A DNA stretch of 64,000 nt from a virus (lineage: Duplodnaviria > Caudoviricetes), in IMG/VR virus record IMGVR_UViG_3300010167_001484, positions 128,001 to 192,000 of that record; one strand, 5' to 3'. Of this stretch, positions 1 through 8,524 are shown one piece after another. Positions within the stretch are counted from its first letter, which is position 1; every line of letters begins with the position of its first letter. The notes under the pieces are model-generated. The model worked only from the letters and a program-made list of their open reading frames with translations. It had not been told where the DNA came from and made no database searches. The translations under genes and the position numbers were made by a program.

Positions 1-2
1 TA

Positions 3-110
3 CGTACAATTAAGCCTGGAGGTGTTGGATCGGCATATAATTCTATAAGAGATTGTTGTACAGGTAGAAGAAAATCTGCTTATGGATATATGTGGGTTGA
101 TGCATCATGA
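3..110 (+). CDS. 3' end of a homing endonuclease-type protein (NUMOD1/IENR1 DNA-binding motif); starts before the window
   Basis: Frame 3 reads ...SAYNSIRDCCTGRRKSAYGYMWVDAS*, matching the I-x-x-C-C-x-G-x-R-K-S-A-Y-G-Y-x-W NUMOD1 pattern; stop overlaps the next ATG (ATGA). Confidence 0.7.
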   Translation, partial: RTIKPGGVGSAYNSIRDCCTGRRKSAYGYMWVDAS

Positions 111-634
111 AGAAATTATGCGAAGAGTGTGGGTCTGAATTTGAAGCTAAATTGAAAACTCAGCGATTCTGTAAGGCTGATCACTATAGAATTTGTTCTA
201 TCTGTAGTCAGTCTTACTATGTGAAATTTTCTAATCTTTCAAGTGGTTCTGATTGTTGTTCTCAAGTTTGTGCTGTTGCAAAAGGTGTTAGAAATAGAGG
301 AAACAAAGTTTATGAATTGAAGTGTAAAGAATGTGGTAAATTATTTTCAAGTGATAATTCAAGACAAGTATTTTGTGATGACGTGCATTATAGACCATGT
401 CCTATCTGTGGTAAATCTGTAGAAGTTAGAGATCTATATGATCTTCCTATGACTTGTTCTCCAGAATGTAATACTGCAAGACGGTTACAAACAACAATGG
501 AGCGATATGGAAGGGCGTCTGTTGGTTGTAGTTCAGATGAATCAAAATCTAAAAGAATTCAAACTAGTATAGAACGATTTGGTGTGCCTTATGTCACACA
601 ATCTGAACAGATGAACAGAAAACCAAGATACTAA
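107..634 (+). CDS. Multi zinc-finger protein with ERYG/ERFG repeats, typical of phage homing-endonuclease N-termini; no nuclease domain seen (possibly truncated)
   Basis: Repeated CxxCG...F...C motifs; TTMERYG and SIERFGVPY repeats; ORF ends abruptly after them. Confidence 0.55.
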   Translation: MKKLCEECGSEFEAKLKTQRFCKADHYRICSICSQSYYVKFSNLSSGSDCCSQVCAVAKGVRNRGNKVYELKCKECGKLFSSDNSRQVFCDDVHYRPCPICGKSVEVRDLYDLPMTCSPECNTARRLQTTMERYGRASVGCSSDESKSKRIQTSIERFGVPYVTQSEQMNRKPRY

Positions 635-687
635 GTATCGAAATAGTAATTTTCTTTGAGAGTTCAACTTTAGTATTTATATCATTT

Positions 688-700
688 AACCTTTTATATT
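688..700 (+). promoter_or_regulatory. Putative late promoter (AACCTWWWATAT motif)
   Basis: AACCTTTTATATT, intergenic, ~35 nt upstream of ORF 735; one of ~10 copies. Confidence 0.6.
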
Positions 701-734
701 AGTAGATTAGATTAAAAATAAGGAGATTTGTATT

Positions 735-1478
735 ATGAAAAGATTGATAAGAGCGGAGTTAGTAAGAAATATACGTGGTTATCTAGATCTTGCTAAGATT
801 GATTGGAATACTATCACATATGATGATGCTGTAGAATTGTTTAATCAAGATGATACTACATTTTATAGCGTACCTCAAAATTTAATTGATTATGATTTTG
901 CGAAACTTGCCGTGAAGAAAAATGGATATCGTATTTCTCATGTTCCGAAAGATTTGATTGATTATGATTTGGCGAGACTTGCATTTGATAAATATCCTAT
1001 GACTATCGAGTATATTCCAGAAAATTTAATTGATATTGATATGGCTAGAACTGCAGCTAGATATCTAGACTCTCTCCTACAGTATGTTCCTATGAATTTG
1101 ATTAATTCTGATAGTGAGCTTAAACAGATTTATAATTCTTATAAGAAGTGGAGCTCTGATACTGAAACAGATGAGAAAAATAGACAATCTAAGAAGTTTA
1201 AACCTTCAAAAGATAGAGTATATAATATTCTTTATAAAGAATGTGAAGATTGGAGCGATTATCATGATAATGAACCGGGAACAGCTGAGTATGATGAAAT
1301 GATAAAATATATGACTAAACAAGTTAAAGCTGTAATTGAACATGAAGGTAAAACTGTAGCTGATATTGATGAGCTTGATGTAGAGTTTGGTCAAGGTGAT
1401 GGTGTAGCCATATTCTTTAAAGATGGGACGGAAGTATACAAAGATGAATTCAACGATATATGGGATGAAATCTCATAA
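735..1478 (+). CDS. Leader-bearing (MKRLIRA) protein with DUF4116-like helical repeats
   Basis: Repeats such as AKLAVKKNGYRISHVPKDLIDYDLARLAF; strong AGGAG RBS. Confidence 0.6.
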   Translation: MKRLIRAELVRNIRGYLDLAKIDWNTITYDDAVELFNQDDTTFYSVPQNLIDYDFAKLAVKKNGYRISHVPKDLIDYDLARLAFDKYPMTIEYIPENLIDIDMARTAARYLDSLLQYVPMNLINSDSELKQIYNSYKKWSSDTETDEKNRQSKKFKPSKDRVYNILYKECEDWSDYHDNEPGTAEYDEMIKYMTKQVKAVIEHEGKTVADIDELDVEFGQGDGVAIFFKDGTEVYKDEFNDIWDEIS

Positions 1479-1527
1479 TAAGTAATAGTAATATAAATAA
1501 TAGAACAGAATTAAGGAGATTTATATT

Positions 1528-1701
1528 GTGAAGAAGGTAGTTAAAGCTGATCAGAACGAATCTGATGGAACAGTGTATGAAGTTTCTTTTACCTTTAAAG
1601 GTGATGATGAAGATGTTAGGGCTATGAGGAAGTATTTCTTTGAAGCTATGAAGGAGAATATGCAGATAAGATGTTACGATCTTCAAATTAAAATTTTGTG
1701 A
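1528..1701 (+). CDS. Small leader-bearing protein (MKKVVKAD..., 57 aa), absent from the ORF track
   Basis: AAGGAG RBS, GTG start, reads MKKVVKADQNESDGTVYEVSFTFKGDDEDVRAMRKYFFEAMKENMQIRCYDLQIKIL*. Confidence 0.7.
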   Translation: MKKVVKADQNESDGTVYEVSFTFKGDDEDVRAMRKYFFEAMKENMQIRCYDLQIKIL

Positions 1702-1732
1702 TAAGTATTAATAATATAAACAATAATTTCTT

Positions 1733-1772
1733 AAATATATCGTAAGAATGTGATTTCTGCGATATATTTTTG
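1733..1772 (+). terminator. Intrinsic terminator hairpin
   Basis: AAATATATCGTAAGAA / TTCTGCGATATATTT inverted repeat running into a T tract. Confidence 0.55.
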
Positions 1773-1814
1773 ATTAAAAATTTCATTATAGTATGTGAAT
1801 GGAGGTAGTTGATT

Positions 1815-2507
1815 ATGAAAGTTTTAATTAGAGGTGATTCGTCTAGTAAATCTCAGATTATTGATTTTGGCGGTGTTCGTATTTCTATAGCAGCATTTGA
1901 TTATATATGGAGAAATGTTGGTAGAAACCCTGGTGTTGCAGCAAGTACAGGAATTTTCGCTAGAAATCAATGGTCTTGGAATAAAGATGAACTTGACGAT
2001 GTGAATAGTTATCTTCGTAATTGGGAGATTGAAAGCAAATTAGGTCTTGCTGTACCTATGAAATATCATCAAATAAAACCTGAACATGTTGAGTTTGATA
2101 AAGTAAGAGATCAACATATGGTTCAACGAATAGAGGAACGCTTAGGTGTTACTTGGGAGCAATTACAAACAGACGAAGGTAAGAAATATGTGCTTGATAC
2201 ACTTCAGAGTTATATTGATGAAGCTGTTGTCAGATTTAAACAAGATGCTAAAGTTAAAGAAGATGATAACGAAGGTAATACACGTGTTAAGGATAAATCT
2301 AAAAATGGAGTTAATTTAAGTAATAGTGTATATATTGCAGATAATGGAACTGTGATTATTGAAATGAGTTCAGATGCAAAAATTGTAACTTTTTATACAT
2401 CTGAAGAATATAAAAAAGATGATAAAAATACTGAACTTGTTATAAAAGTTGTAAAATTATGTAATATAGAGTCTTTAGATATTAGCATACCACCAGAAGA
2501 ATTATAA
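1815..2507 (+). CDS. Leader-bearing (MKVLIRG) hypothetical protein
   Basis: GGAGG RBS; the ATG at 1815 gives the leader pattern. Confidence 0.65.
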   Translation: MKVLIRGDSSSKSQIIDFGGVRISIAAFDYIWRNVGRNPGVAASTGIFARNQWSWNKDELDDVNSYLRNWEIESKLGLAVPMKYHQIKPEHVEFDKVRDQHMVQRIEERLGVTWEQLQTDEGKKYVLDTLQSYIDEAVVRFKQDAKVKEDDNEGNTRVKDKSKNGVNLSNSVYIADNGTVIIEMSSDAKIVTFYTSEEYKKDDKNTELVIKVVKLCNIESLDISIPPEEL

Positions 2508-2533
2508 ATCTTCAATGATTTTTAGTATTATTT

Positions 2534-2546
2534 AACCTATTATATT
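2534..2546 (+). promoter_or_regulatory. Putative late promoter of the tail operon
   Basis: AACCTATTATATT, copy of the recurrent motif. Confidence 0.6.
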
Positions 2547-2559
2547 GATAGAATAATTT

Positions 2560-2635
2560 ATTGAGTGCGGTACGGCTCGTAAGAGAGTCTCCATGTGAGT
2601 AGCTTAGGCGAAAACAAGGTGGTACCAGGCTCAAT
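2560..2635 (+). ncRNA. Compact structured RNA (3-way junction with loop-E motif), family unknown
   Basis: GC-rich island in an AT-rich spacer: outer stem TTGAGT..GGTAC / GTACC..GCTCAA, hairpin GGCTC-GTAAGA-GAGTC, and stem CCATGT/ACAAGG enclosing AGTA..GAA around GC-TTAG-GC. Confidence 0.55.
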
Positions 2636-2684
2636 TTTTATTGTATAAAATATTTCTAAAAAACTTTTTTGGAGGGTCATTTAA

Positions 2685-3464
2685 ATGGAGAATAAGTGTC
2701 AATTATTGGGTAAGGGTCTATATAAAGATATTCCCGAAGAGCTAACATTAGGTAGAATTCCAACAATATCAGATCTAGATTATACTACAGGAGATGCATT
2801 TGATAAATTCTTGCTCGATAAGATTTTACCTGTATCTATAGAAGATAAGATCAATTTCAATGATTTACTTGAAATTGATTTTCAGTGGATCTGTAGGGCT
2901 TTGAGGATTCATAATTATGGACCTTACCATACTACTACAACTATATGGTGTGAAGATTGTGGCGAAACATCTTCAGGAGAATATCAGGTTGATTTGAGAC
3001 GAATTGATTGTAAATATTTACCGGATAAATTTGTTAATGAGTTTAGTATAAAACGTGCTGAATTCTTAGATTTTAAAGGTGATGTTGTATTGAAATTACC
3101 TACAATACAAAAAATATTGAATGCATATAAAGATAAACAGTTTCAATCAAACGATGGTAGAGTAAATCGTGAGTTTGCAAGAATTTGTTATATGATAACT
3201 ACTATAAAGGGCAAAGTTGGTATGACTCCTATCGAAATTAAGTTGATGATTGAGAAGGAGATGAGTTCGGCTGATTTTATGATGTTGAGAGGTATTATAA
3301 CAGATTTAGCTGATTACGGTCTACGGGCTGGTGGAGAAACCAAGTGTCCTGTTTGTAGTTCTGATACTGCTGTATATATGGGATTATCTGAAGATAGGTT
3401 CTTCCGTCCTACTTTAGAAGATCTTAGAGCTTGGAAGAAAGATAGGCAGTCAACATCTGCTTAA
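2685..3464 (+). CDS. Tail/baseplate-hub assembly chaperone (T4 gp26-like, CxxC pairs), short form
   Basis: LLEIDFQWI..ALRI..YG, CEDC/CPVC, LKLPT motifs; located upstream of the tape measure gene. Confidence 0.65.
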   Translation: MENKCQLLGKGLYKDIPEELTLGRIPTISDLDYTTGDAFDKFLLDKILPVSIEDKINFNDLLEIDFQWICRALRIHNYGPYHTTTTIWCEDCGETSSGEYQVDLRRIDCKYLPDKFVNEFSIKRAEFLDFKGDVVLKLPTIQKILNAYKDKQFQSNDGRVNREFARICYMITTIKGKVGMTPIEIKLMIEKEMSSADFMMLRGIITDLADYGLRAGGETKCPVCSSDTAVYMGLSEDRFFRPTLEDLRAWKKDRQSTSA

Positions 3465-3492
3465 GTGTTAAAATCACTAAGTAGGTGATATT

Positions 3493-4491
3493 GTGGCTAT
3501 ATCTGAGAAATTACAACTTCTATGTAAGTATGATAATATACCTTCTGAGTTGACAATTTCAGCAATTCTAACAGAGGATGAATTGCGGTATGTTGGTGAT
3601 GAATCTTTCTTAGATCTTATGCTCACAGTGATACTTCCTAAAGTAGTTGCAGAAGATGTCGATTTCTATAAATTATTTGAAATAGATTTTAATTGGATAT
3701 GTAGATGTTTACGAATTCTTAGTTTCGGTCCTATATATACAACAAATTCAATCTTCTGTGATAGTTGCCATAATACTACATACGGTGAGTATAAGGTTAA
3801 TTTGAATTCTGTTAAATGTATCCCTATTCCAGATGATACTCCTGAGATAATGCGAGTCAGTAAACATGAATTCATAGATTTTGATAAAGACATATTCTTT
3901 AAATTACCTACAATAGGTGAGATACAGAATATGATGAAGAATCAGCTATTTATAAGAAAAGATACAGTAATAGATGCTTTACTTGGTAGATTGTGTTGTA
4001 TGATAACTTGCATTGGAGATCAAGTTGATATATCTGATAAAAGTATTTTAGATATATTCAAAAATAAGATGATTTCTGCAGATTATCAGATTTTGAGAGC
4101 TATTATAAATCAAATGACTAATTTTGGTTTAGAGTCTTGTGGTAAAACACAGTGTCCAAGATGTAAATCGATTGATGCAACTTTTATAGCGTTACCAGAT
4201 GATAGATATTATGTGAGACCTTGGGAATTACATAGTGATGATCAAACAGTGACAGTAGCGGGTGTAGAAAAAACATATAGAGAAGTACGTCAACAATTGT
4301 ATGAGAATATAATAGATGAAACTTTATTTATATCTCGTGCATCTGAAAGTGCAGTTTCTGCAGATTGGTTGATGACTCAACCTATATTTGTTAGAAAAAA
4401 GTATGTGGAATCTTTTACAAAGGAATTACAAGAGCGAGAAAAAACTGTTAAGAATGCAGGTAGTCGTAGATTAGGTCAACCTAATAGATAG
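3493..4491 (+). CDS. Paralogous tail assembly chaperone, long form with C-terminal extension (GT/gp51-like)
   Basis: Aligns with ORF 2685 over ~235 aa, then extends (..DWLMTQPIFVRKKY..); directly precedes the tape measure gene. Confidence 0.65.
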   Translation: MAISEKLQLLCKYDNIPSELTISAILTEDELRYVGDESFLDLMLTVILPKVVAEDVDFYKLFEIDFNWICRCLRILSFGPIYTTNSIFCDSCHNTTYGEYKVNLNSVKCIPIPDDTPEIMRVSKHEFIDFDKDIFFKLPTIGEIQNMMKNQLFIRKDTVIDALLGRLCCMITCIGDQVDISDKSILDIFKNKMISADYQILRAIINQMTNFGLESCGKTQCPRCKSIDATFIALPDDRYYVRPWELHSDDQTVTVAGVEKTYREVRQQLYENIIDETLFISRASESAVSADWLMTQPIFVRKKYVESFTKELQEREKTVKNAGSRRLGQPNR

Positions 4492-4504
4492 GGGGTGAAT
4501 TTCA

Positions 4505-7500
4505 ATGGCAGATATTAGCGGAGATTTGATACATATACTGAATAATATGAATCAGTCACATAGTAACCAGCTTAGATCTCAACAACAATATTTATCTTCT
4601 ATAGAATCTACATTGAAACAAATTCTCCGGGGTGGTGGACGAATGTCTGCATCTAATGCAGAAAATATGATGCCTGGTTATGATAAAAATAGTATTTTCA
4701 ATAATCAGCCAGGAGATTATTTTAGGAATCAACGAGGTGGTCGAACTAATAGATCTGGGTTCTTAGATAGTTTTGAAAAATCTTTAATGGATGCTGTGCT
4801 TGGGAAAGATTTTCAAGATAGAATAAAGAAATCTTTAGGCGGATTTGCAGATAGTTTAGGTGTTAATATTAAAGACTTGCCTGGTGAATTAGGTAAGCGA
4901 TTAGGTGATAAAGCATTAGATTCTCTAAAAGGTACAGAATTTGGTAAAAATCTTCTTGGAAAGATTGGAAATTTAAAGAATCGAGGATTTTCTTTATTAG
5001 ATAATGTTTTAAAATCTGGTTCTAATTATTTAAGAACACCTTCAGGTAAAAGTAGTAAAGATAGTACTAGAGATGGTATCAAAGATGCATTTAGAGATCA
5101 AGCTCAAGATAAGATTTTTAATAAGATTAAACAAAGTCCACAGTATAATAAACTCAAGACACAAGGTATACAAAAAAGTAATCAACTTCTGAAACGTTCC
5201 ATAGGTAAGGGAGGTAAAGTAGGTAAAGTTGTTAGTAAAGTTCCTGGTATAGGTAAGATAGTAGGTGGAACTGCATTAAAATCTGGTGGTGCTGCTGCAG
5301 CTAGTGGTGCGGCAGCTGGAGGAGCTGCCGGTGGAGCTGCCGCAGCTGGTGGTGCAGCTGCTGGTGGAGCAGCGGCGGGTGCAGCTGGTGGTGCTGCCGC
5401 AGCTGGCGGAGCTGCTGCTGGGGCTGCAGGTTTAGCTGCTACAGCAAGTACTATATTTCCTCCGTTATTAGTAGTTGTAGGTGCATTAGTAGTTGTATTT
5501 AAAGTATTAGTTCCTCTAATAAAGGGTGCTGCAGAATATTATAAAGTTCTGAAGAAGATGGGCAAACGTGAAGAGGAATCAAAGAAGAAAAATTTAGAGT
5601 TCGCAAAGAAACGAATGGAAGCTGATATTACTTATATGATTGAGGAACCATTCAATATTCTTAAAGATGCCGTTGAGAGAGTTACATCTGTTTGGGATAA
5701 CCAATTAAGAAATATCAGTGCTACACAAGGTTATAATAAAGCTGAACTTCAAAATTTAATGGGGTCATTTGCTGATAGATTACGGAGTGAGAATTTATCA
5801 GATATGATTGCTGCTAGTGATATAACAGAGAATTTATCTAAAGTACTTGGTTCAGGTCTAAGTGGTCAAGTAGCTGAAGAATTTGCTTTTCTTGCAACTA
5901 AATTAAGTGCAGCTATACCTACACAAGATTTCTTTGGATATGCGGGAACATATGCTTCATTAGCAGCTAATGCTATAAGGTTAGGTAAATCTGAAGCTGA
6001 GGCAATTCAATATGCTAATCAGCAAATGGAATTATTTGCAAGTAATATTCTCTATGCGAGTCGTCAAATATCTGGAGGATTTACTACAGGATTAAAAGAT
6101 GCTCAATCTATATTTGATCAATCAGTTAGAATTGCACAAACTGGTAGATTTAGTGATCCATCTAGGATTGGCGGTGTTTTAACTTCTGTAGCGGCCATAA
6201 CTGGTTCTATTGCACCTGATTTGTCACAATCTATGATAGATGCTGTGATGAAAGCCGCTACAGGTGGTAATGCTTCTGAACTTGTAGCATTGAGATCACT
6301 TGCAGGTATAAATGCTTCTAATACAGAATTCTTGAGACAGCTAGCTGAAAATCCTCAAAAAATATTTAGTGATTTGTTTCAAGGTTTAGCTCATATGCAG
6401 AATATGTCTGAAAATGCTTGGATGGAAAATGCTGAAAATATTGCAAGTATATTTGGACTTTCGATGGATGCTATAGCGAGAGTGGATTTCAATTATCTTG
6501 CACAAGCAATCTCTAAAATGAATGTGAATAATGCTTCACTTGAAGAGAATATGAAATTACTCCGTTCAGGTGAAACTACAACATCTGCTGAACAACTTAA
6601 GATAGCTGAAATAAACAAAAAATTAATTGATGATGGTCTTTCTTATGTATTAGATAATGAGGCTGCAAGGGCAATTCAACAGAATATGTGGGATGAACAA
6701 CGTCATAGAGAAGCATTAGAGGCTGATTATGGTGTTGAATTAAAGGGAGCAGCTTTAGATTATATGGAAACAATTAAGAATGTTGTCGATAAAATTCGTA
6801 ATATTGTAAATCCTGCTAATTGGTTCAAGAAATCAGCTAATAAAAGGGCAACTAAACAAGAAGCTCGGGCTATGGATATAGACCTACGTCAGATGTTGGA
6901 GCTCGGTAAAGTAGGTAAAGGTAATTATCAATCCTTATATCAATTAACTACACGAAATGAAAATTTAAATATAATGCCAGGTCTAGTTGATATGATGGGA
7001 GGGTTTTCATTATATCAAGCAGCTAAGACAAAGAGAGAGATAGGTAATTCATTAGCAAGTGGTCAATTTGGTTTAGGTGGTTTATTATTTGGTTCACAAG
7101 GAGCTAACACTGGTGTAGGTTTAGGTCATCTTAATATGTTGAATGCTACTAATCGCCTTAATTTAATATCTACTTTATTCGGTAGTAGAGGCGGAGGTTC
7201 TAAATATAAATGGGGTACATTAGGTAAAACTGCAGCTTCTGAATTATCAGGTACAGGTGGTAATCAAGGTCCTGCATCAGGTGTATCTAATTTAGCTAAT
7301 GTTCCCTCAGGTACATCTTTAGCTCAAGCTAATGCTAATGCGAATATAGAGAGAATGTTAGATGATTTAGAAGGTAGATTACAGAAAGATAAAACATTAA
7401 CTTATGAAAAATGGGTAAAATCGGCAAGACAGTATGGTATATCTGATTTTAACGATGCTGCAGAAGCTGCAGGGTTCAGTGAGAATGAATTACGCGATTA

Positions 7501-8176
7501 TTTTATGACTAGAGAAACTGAGCAAGGTGCGGAAGAAAAGGCACGTAAAGAAGCTAAAGAAGAGCTTCATTGGGATAGATTAGTATTTGACGAGGACAGC
7601 TTATGGCATCTTACAGAATACGCTAATATGGTTCGTGATGAAATTTTTGAAGAATTAAAAGAATATCATCTAACATATACAAGTATGACACAATATGCAA
7701 ATGATGTTAGAGATGATTTTTATGCAGAATTTAAAGATTATCATGTAACATATAAGAATATGACTGCAACAACTCATAGTTGGTTATCTAAGATACACGA
7801 TACATTATTCACAGGTGATGGCCATCTAAAAAAATTACGTAATGAATTCTTCAATTTCCAAGATAAGTGGACTGCTTTCTATATACAGCAAACATGGCGA
7901 ACAGATTGGAGTAGCCAACTAAGTAGAGTAGAACAATTAAATGATATTAATCGTAGAGGTAGCAGAGAAGCAATATATGATCTTGCAGATCAACTTCTTC
8001 TAAATAATGAAGATTTGAGAAATCCAACAATGCAAACAAATGCACTTCTAGCTGAGATATTGAAGGTGTTGTCGACGATGATGATACAGCAAGCTAATCG
8101 CACGGATGGACTTTCACTCTTCGATACCTTGTCGGGAATGTCTTTGGGATTAACAAAAGCAACAACTTCTCCTTAG
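4505..8176 (+). CDS. Tape measure protein
   Basis: 1223 aa, helical, Ala/Gly-rich low-complexity stretch followed by a hydrophobic segment; follows the chaperones and precedes the baseplate genes. Confidence 0.75.
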   Translation: MADISGDLIHILNNMNQSHSNQLRSQQQYLSSIESTLKQILRGGGRMSASNAENMMPGYDKNSIFNNQPGDYFRNQRGGRTNRSGFLDSFEKSLMDAVLGKDFQDRIKKSLGGFADSLGVNIKDLPGELGKRLGDKALDSLKGTEFGKNLLGKIGNLKNRGFSLLDNVLKSGSNYLRTPSGKSSKDSTRDGIKDAFRDQAQDKIFNKIKQSPQYNKLKTQGIQKSNQLLKRSIGKGGKVGKVVSKVPGIGKIVGGTALKSGGAAAASGAAAGGAAGGAAAAGGAAAGGAAAGAAGGAAAAGGAAAGAAGLAATASTIFPPLLVVVGALVVVFKVLVPLIKGAAEYYKVLKKMGKREEESKKKNLEFAKKRMEADITYMIEEPFNILKDAVERVTSVWDNQLRNISATQGYNKAELQNLMGSFADRLRSENLSDMIAASDITENLSKVLGSGLSGQVAEEFAFLATKLSAAIPTQDFFGYAGTYASLAANAIRLGKSEAEAIQYANQQMELFASNILYASRQISGGFTTGLKDAQSIFDQSVRIAQTGRFSDPSRIGGVLTSVAAITGSIAPDLSQSMIDAVMKAATGGNASELVALRSLAGINASNTEFLRQLAENPQKIFSDLFQGLAHMQNMSENAWMENAENIASIFGLSMDAIARVDFNYLAQAISKMNVNNASLEENMKLLRSGETTTSAEQLKIAEINKKLIDDGLSYVLDNEAARAIQQNMWDEQRHREALEADYGVELKGAALDYMETIKNVVDKIRNIVNPANWFKKSANKRATKQEARAMDIDLRQMLELGKVGKGNYQSLYQLTTRNENLNIMPGLVDMMGGFSLYQAAKTKREIGNSLASGQFGLGGLLFGSQGANTGVGLGHLNMLNATNRLNLISTLFGSRGGGSKYKWGTLGKTAASELSGTGGNQGPASGVSNLANVPSGTSLAQANANANIERMLDDLEGRLQKDKTLTYEKWVKSARQYGISDFNDAAEAAGFSENELRDYFMTRETEQGAEEKARKEAKEELHWDRLVFDEDSLWHLTEYANMVRDEIFEELKEYHLTYTSMTQYANDVRDDFYAEFKDYHVTYKNMTATTHSWLSKIHDTLFTGDGHLKKLRNEFFNFQDKWTAFYIQQTWRTDWSSQLSRVEQLNDINRRGSREAIYDLADQLLLNNEDLRNPTMQTNALLAEILKVLSTMMIQQANRTDGLSLFDTLSGMSLGLTKATTSP

Positions 8177-8213
8177 AATTTATTGATTAATTTGATGTGG
8201 AGAACGAGAATAT

Positions 8214-8504
8214 ATGAATCGACTAATTCGCTTATGTGAGCTAAAAAATATTTTAGCAGCTAGTAATAGATACGTGGTAAAAGAGCGTGGTAAGCACGCA
8301 GGCGTTAAAGCCAAGATCTTAAATCCATCTCAATATGAAGCTAAAAAGAATCGTCTTCATTATCAGGGAAATGATAGAAAGTATAATTATTATACTAAAC
8401 TTGGCAATGAACAGTATACTTGGGATTGGTACGCAGTTTTAATTAGAAAAGAAGATTCGGATGAATCAGTTGGTAGAAATACATTAGTGAAGAGATACAA
8501 ATAA
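8214..8504 (+). CDS. Small basic protein with variant leader (MNRLIRL...ILAAS)
   Basis: ORF track; GGAG RBS; leader variant. Confidence 0.55.
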   Translation: MNRLIRLCELKNILAASNRYVVKERGKHAGVKAKILNPSQYEAKKNRLHYQGNDRKYNYYTKLGNEQYTWDWYAVLIRKEDSDESVGRNTLVKRYK

Positions 8505-8524
8505 ACCTGGAGGTAGTTTAAACC

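Noticed and set aside
2600-2640. Canonical T-box riboswitch
   Set aside because: The GGTGGTACC match is present, but there is no ~100-nt stem I/specifier region and no amino-acid-related gene downstream; an alternative fold explains the pairing.
5281-5445. GC-rich island in the tape measure gene
   Set aside because: Explained by Ala/Gly low-complexity coding sequence, not foreign DNA.
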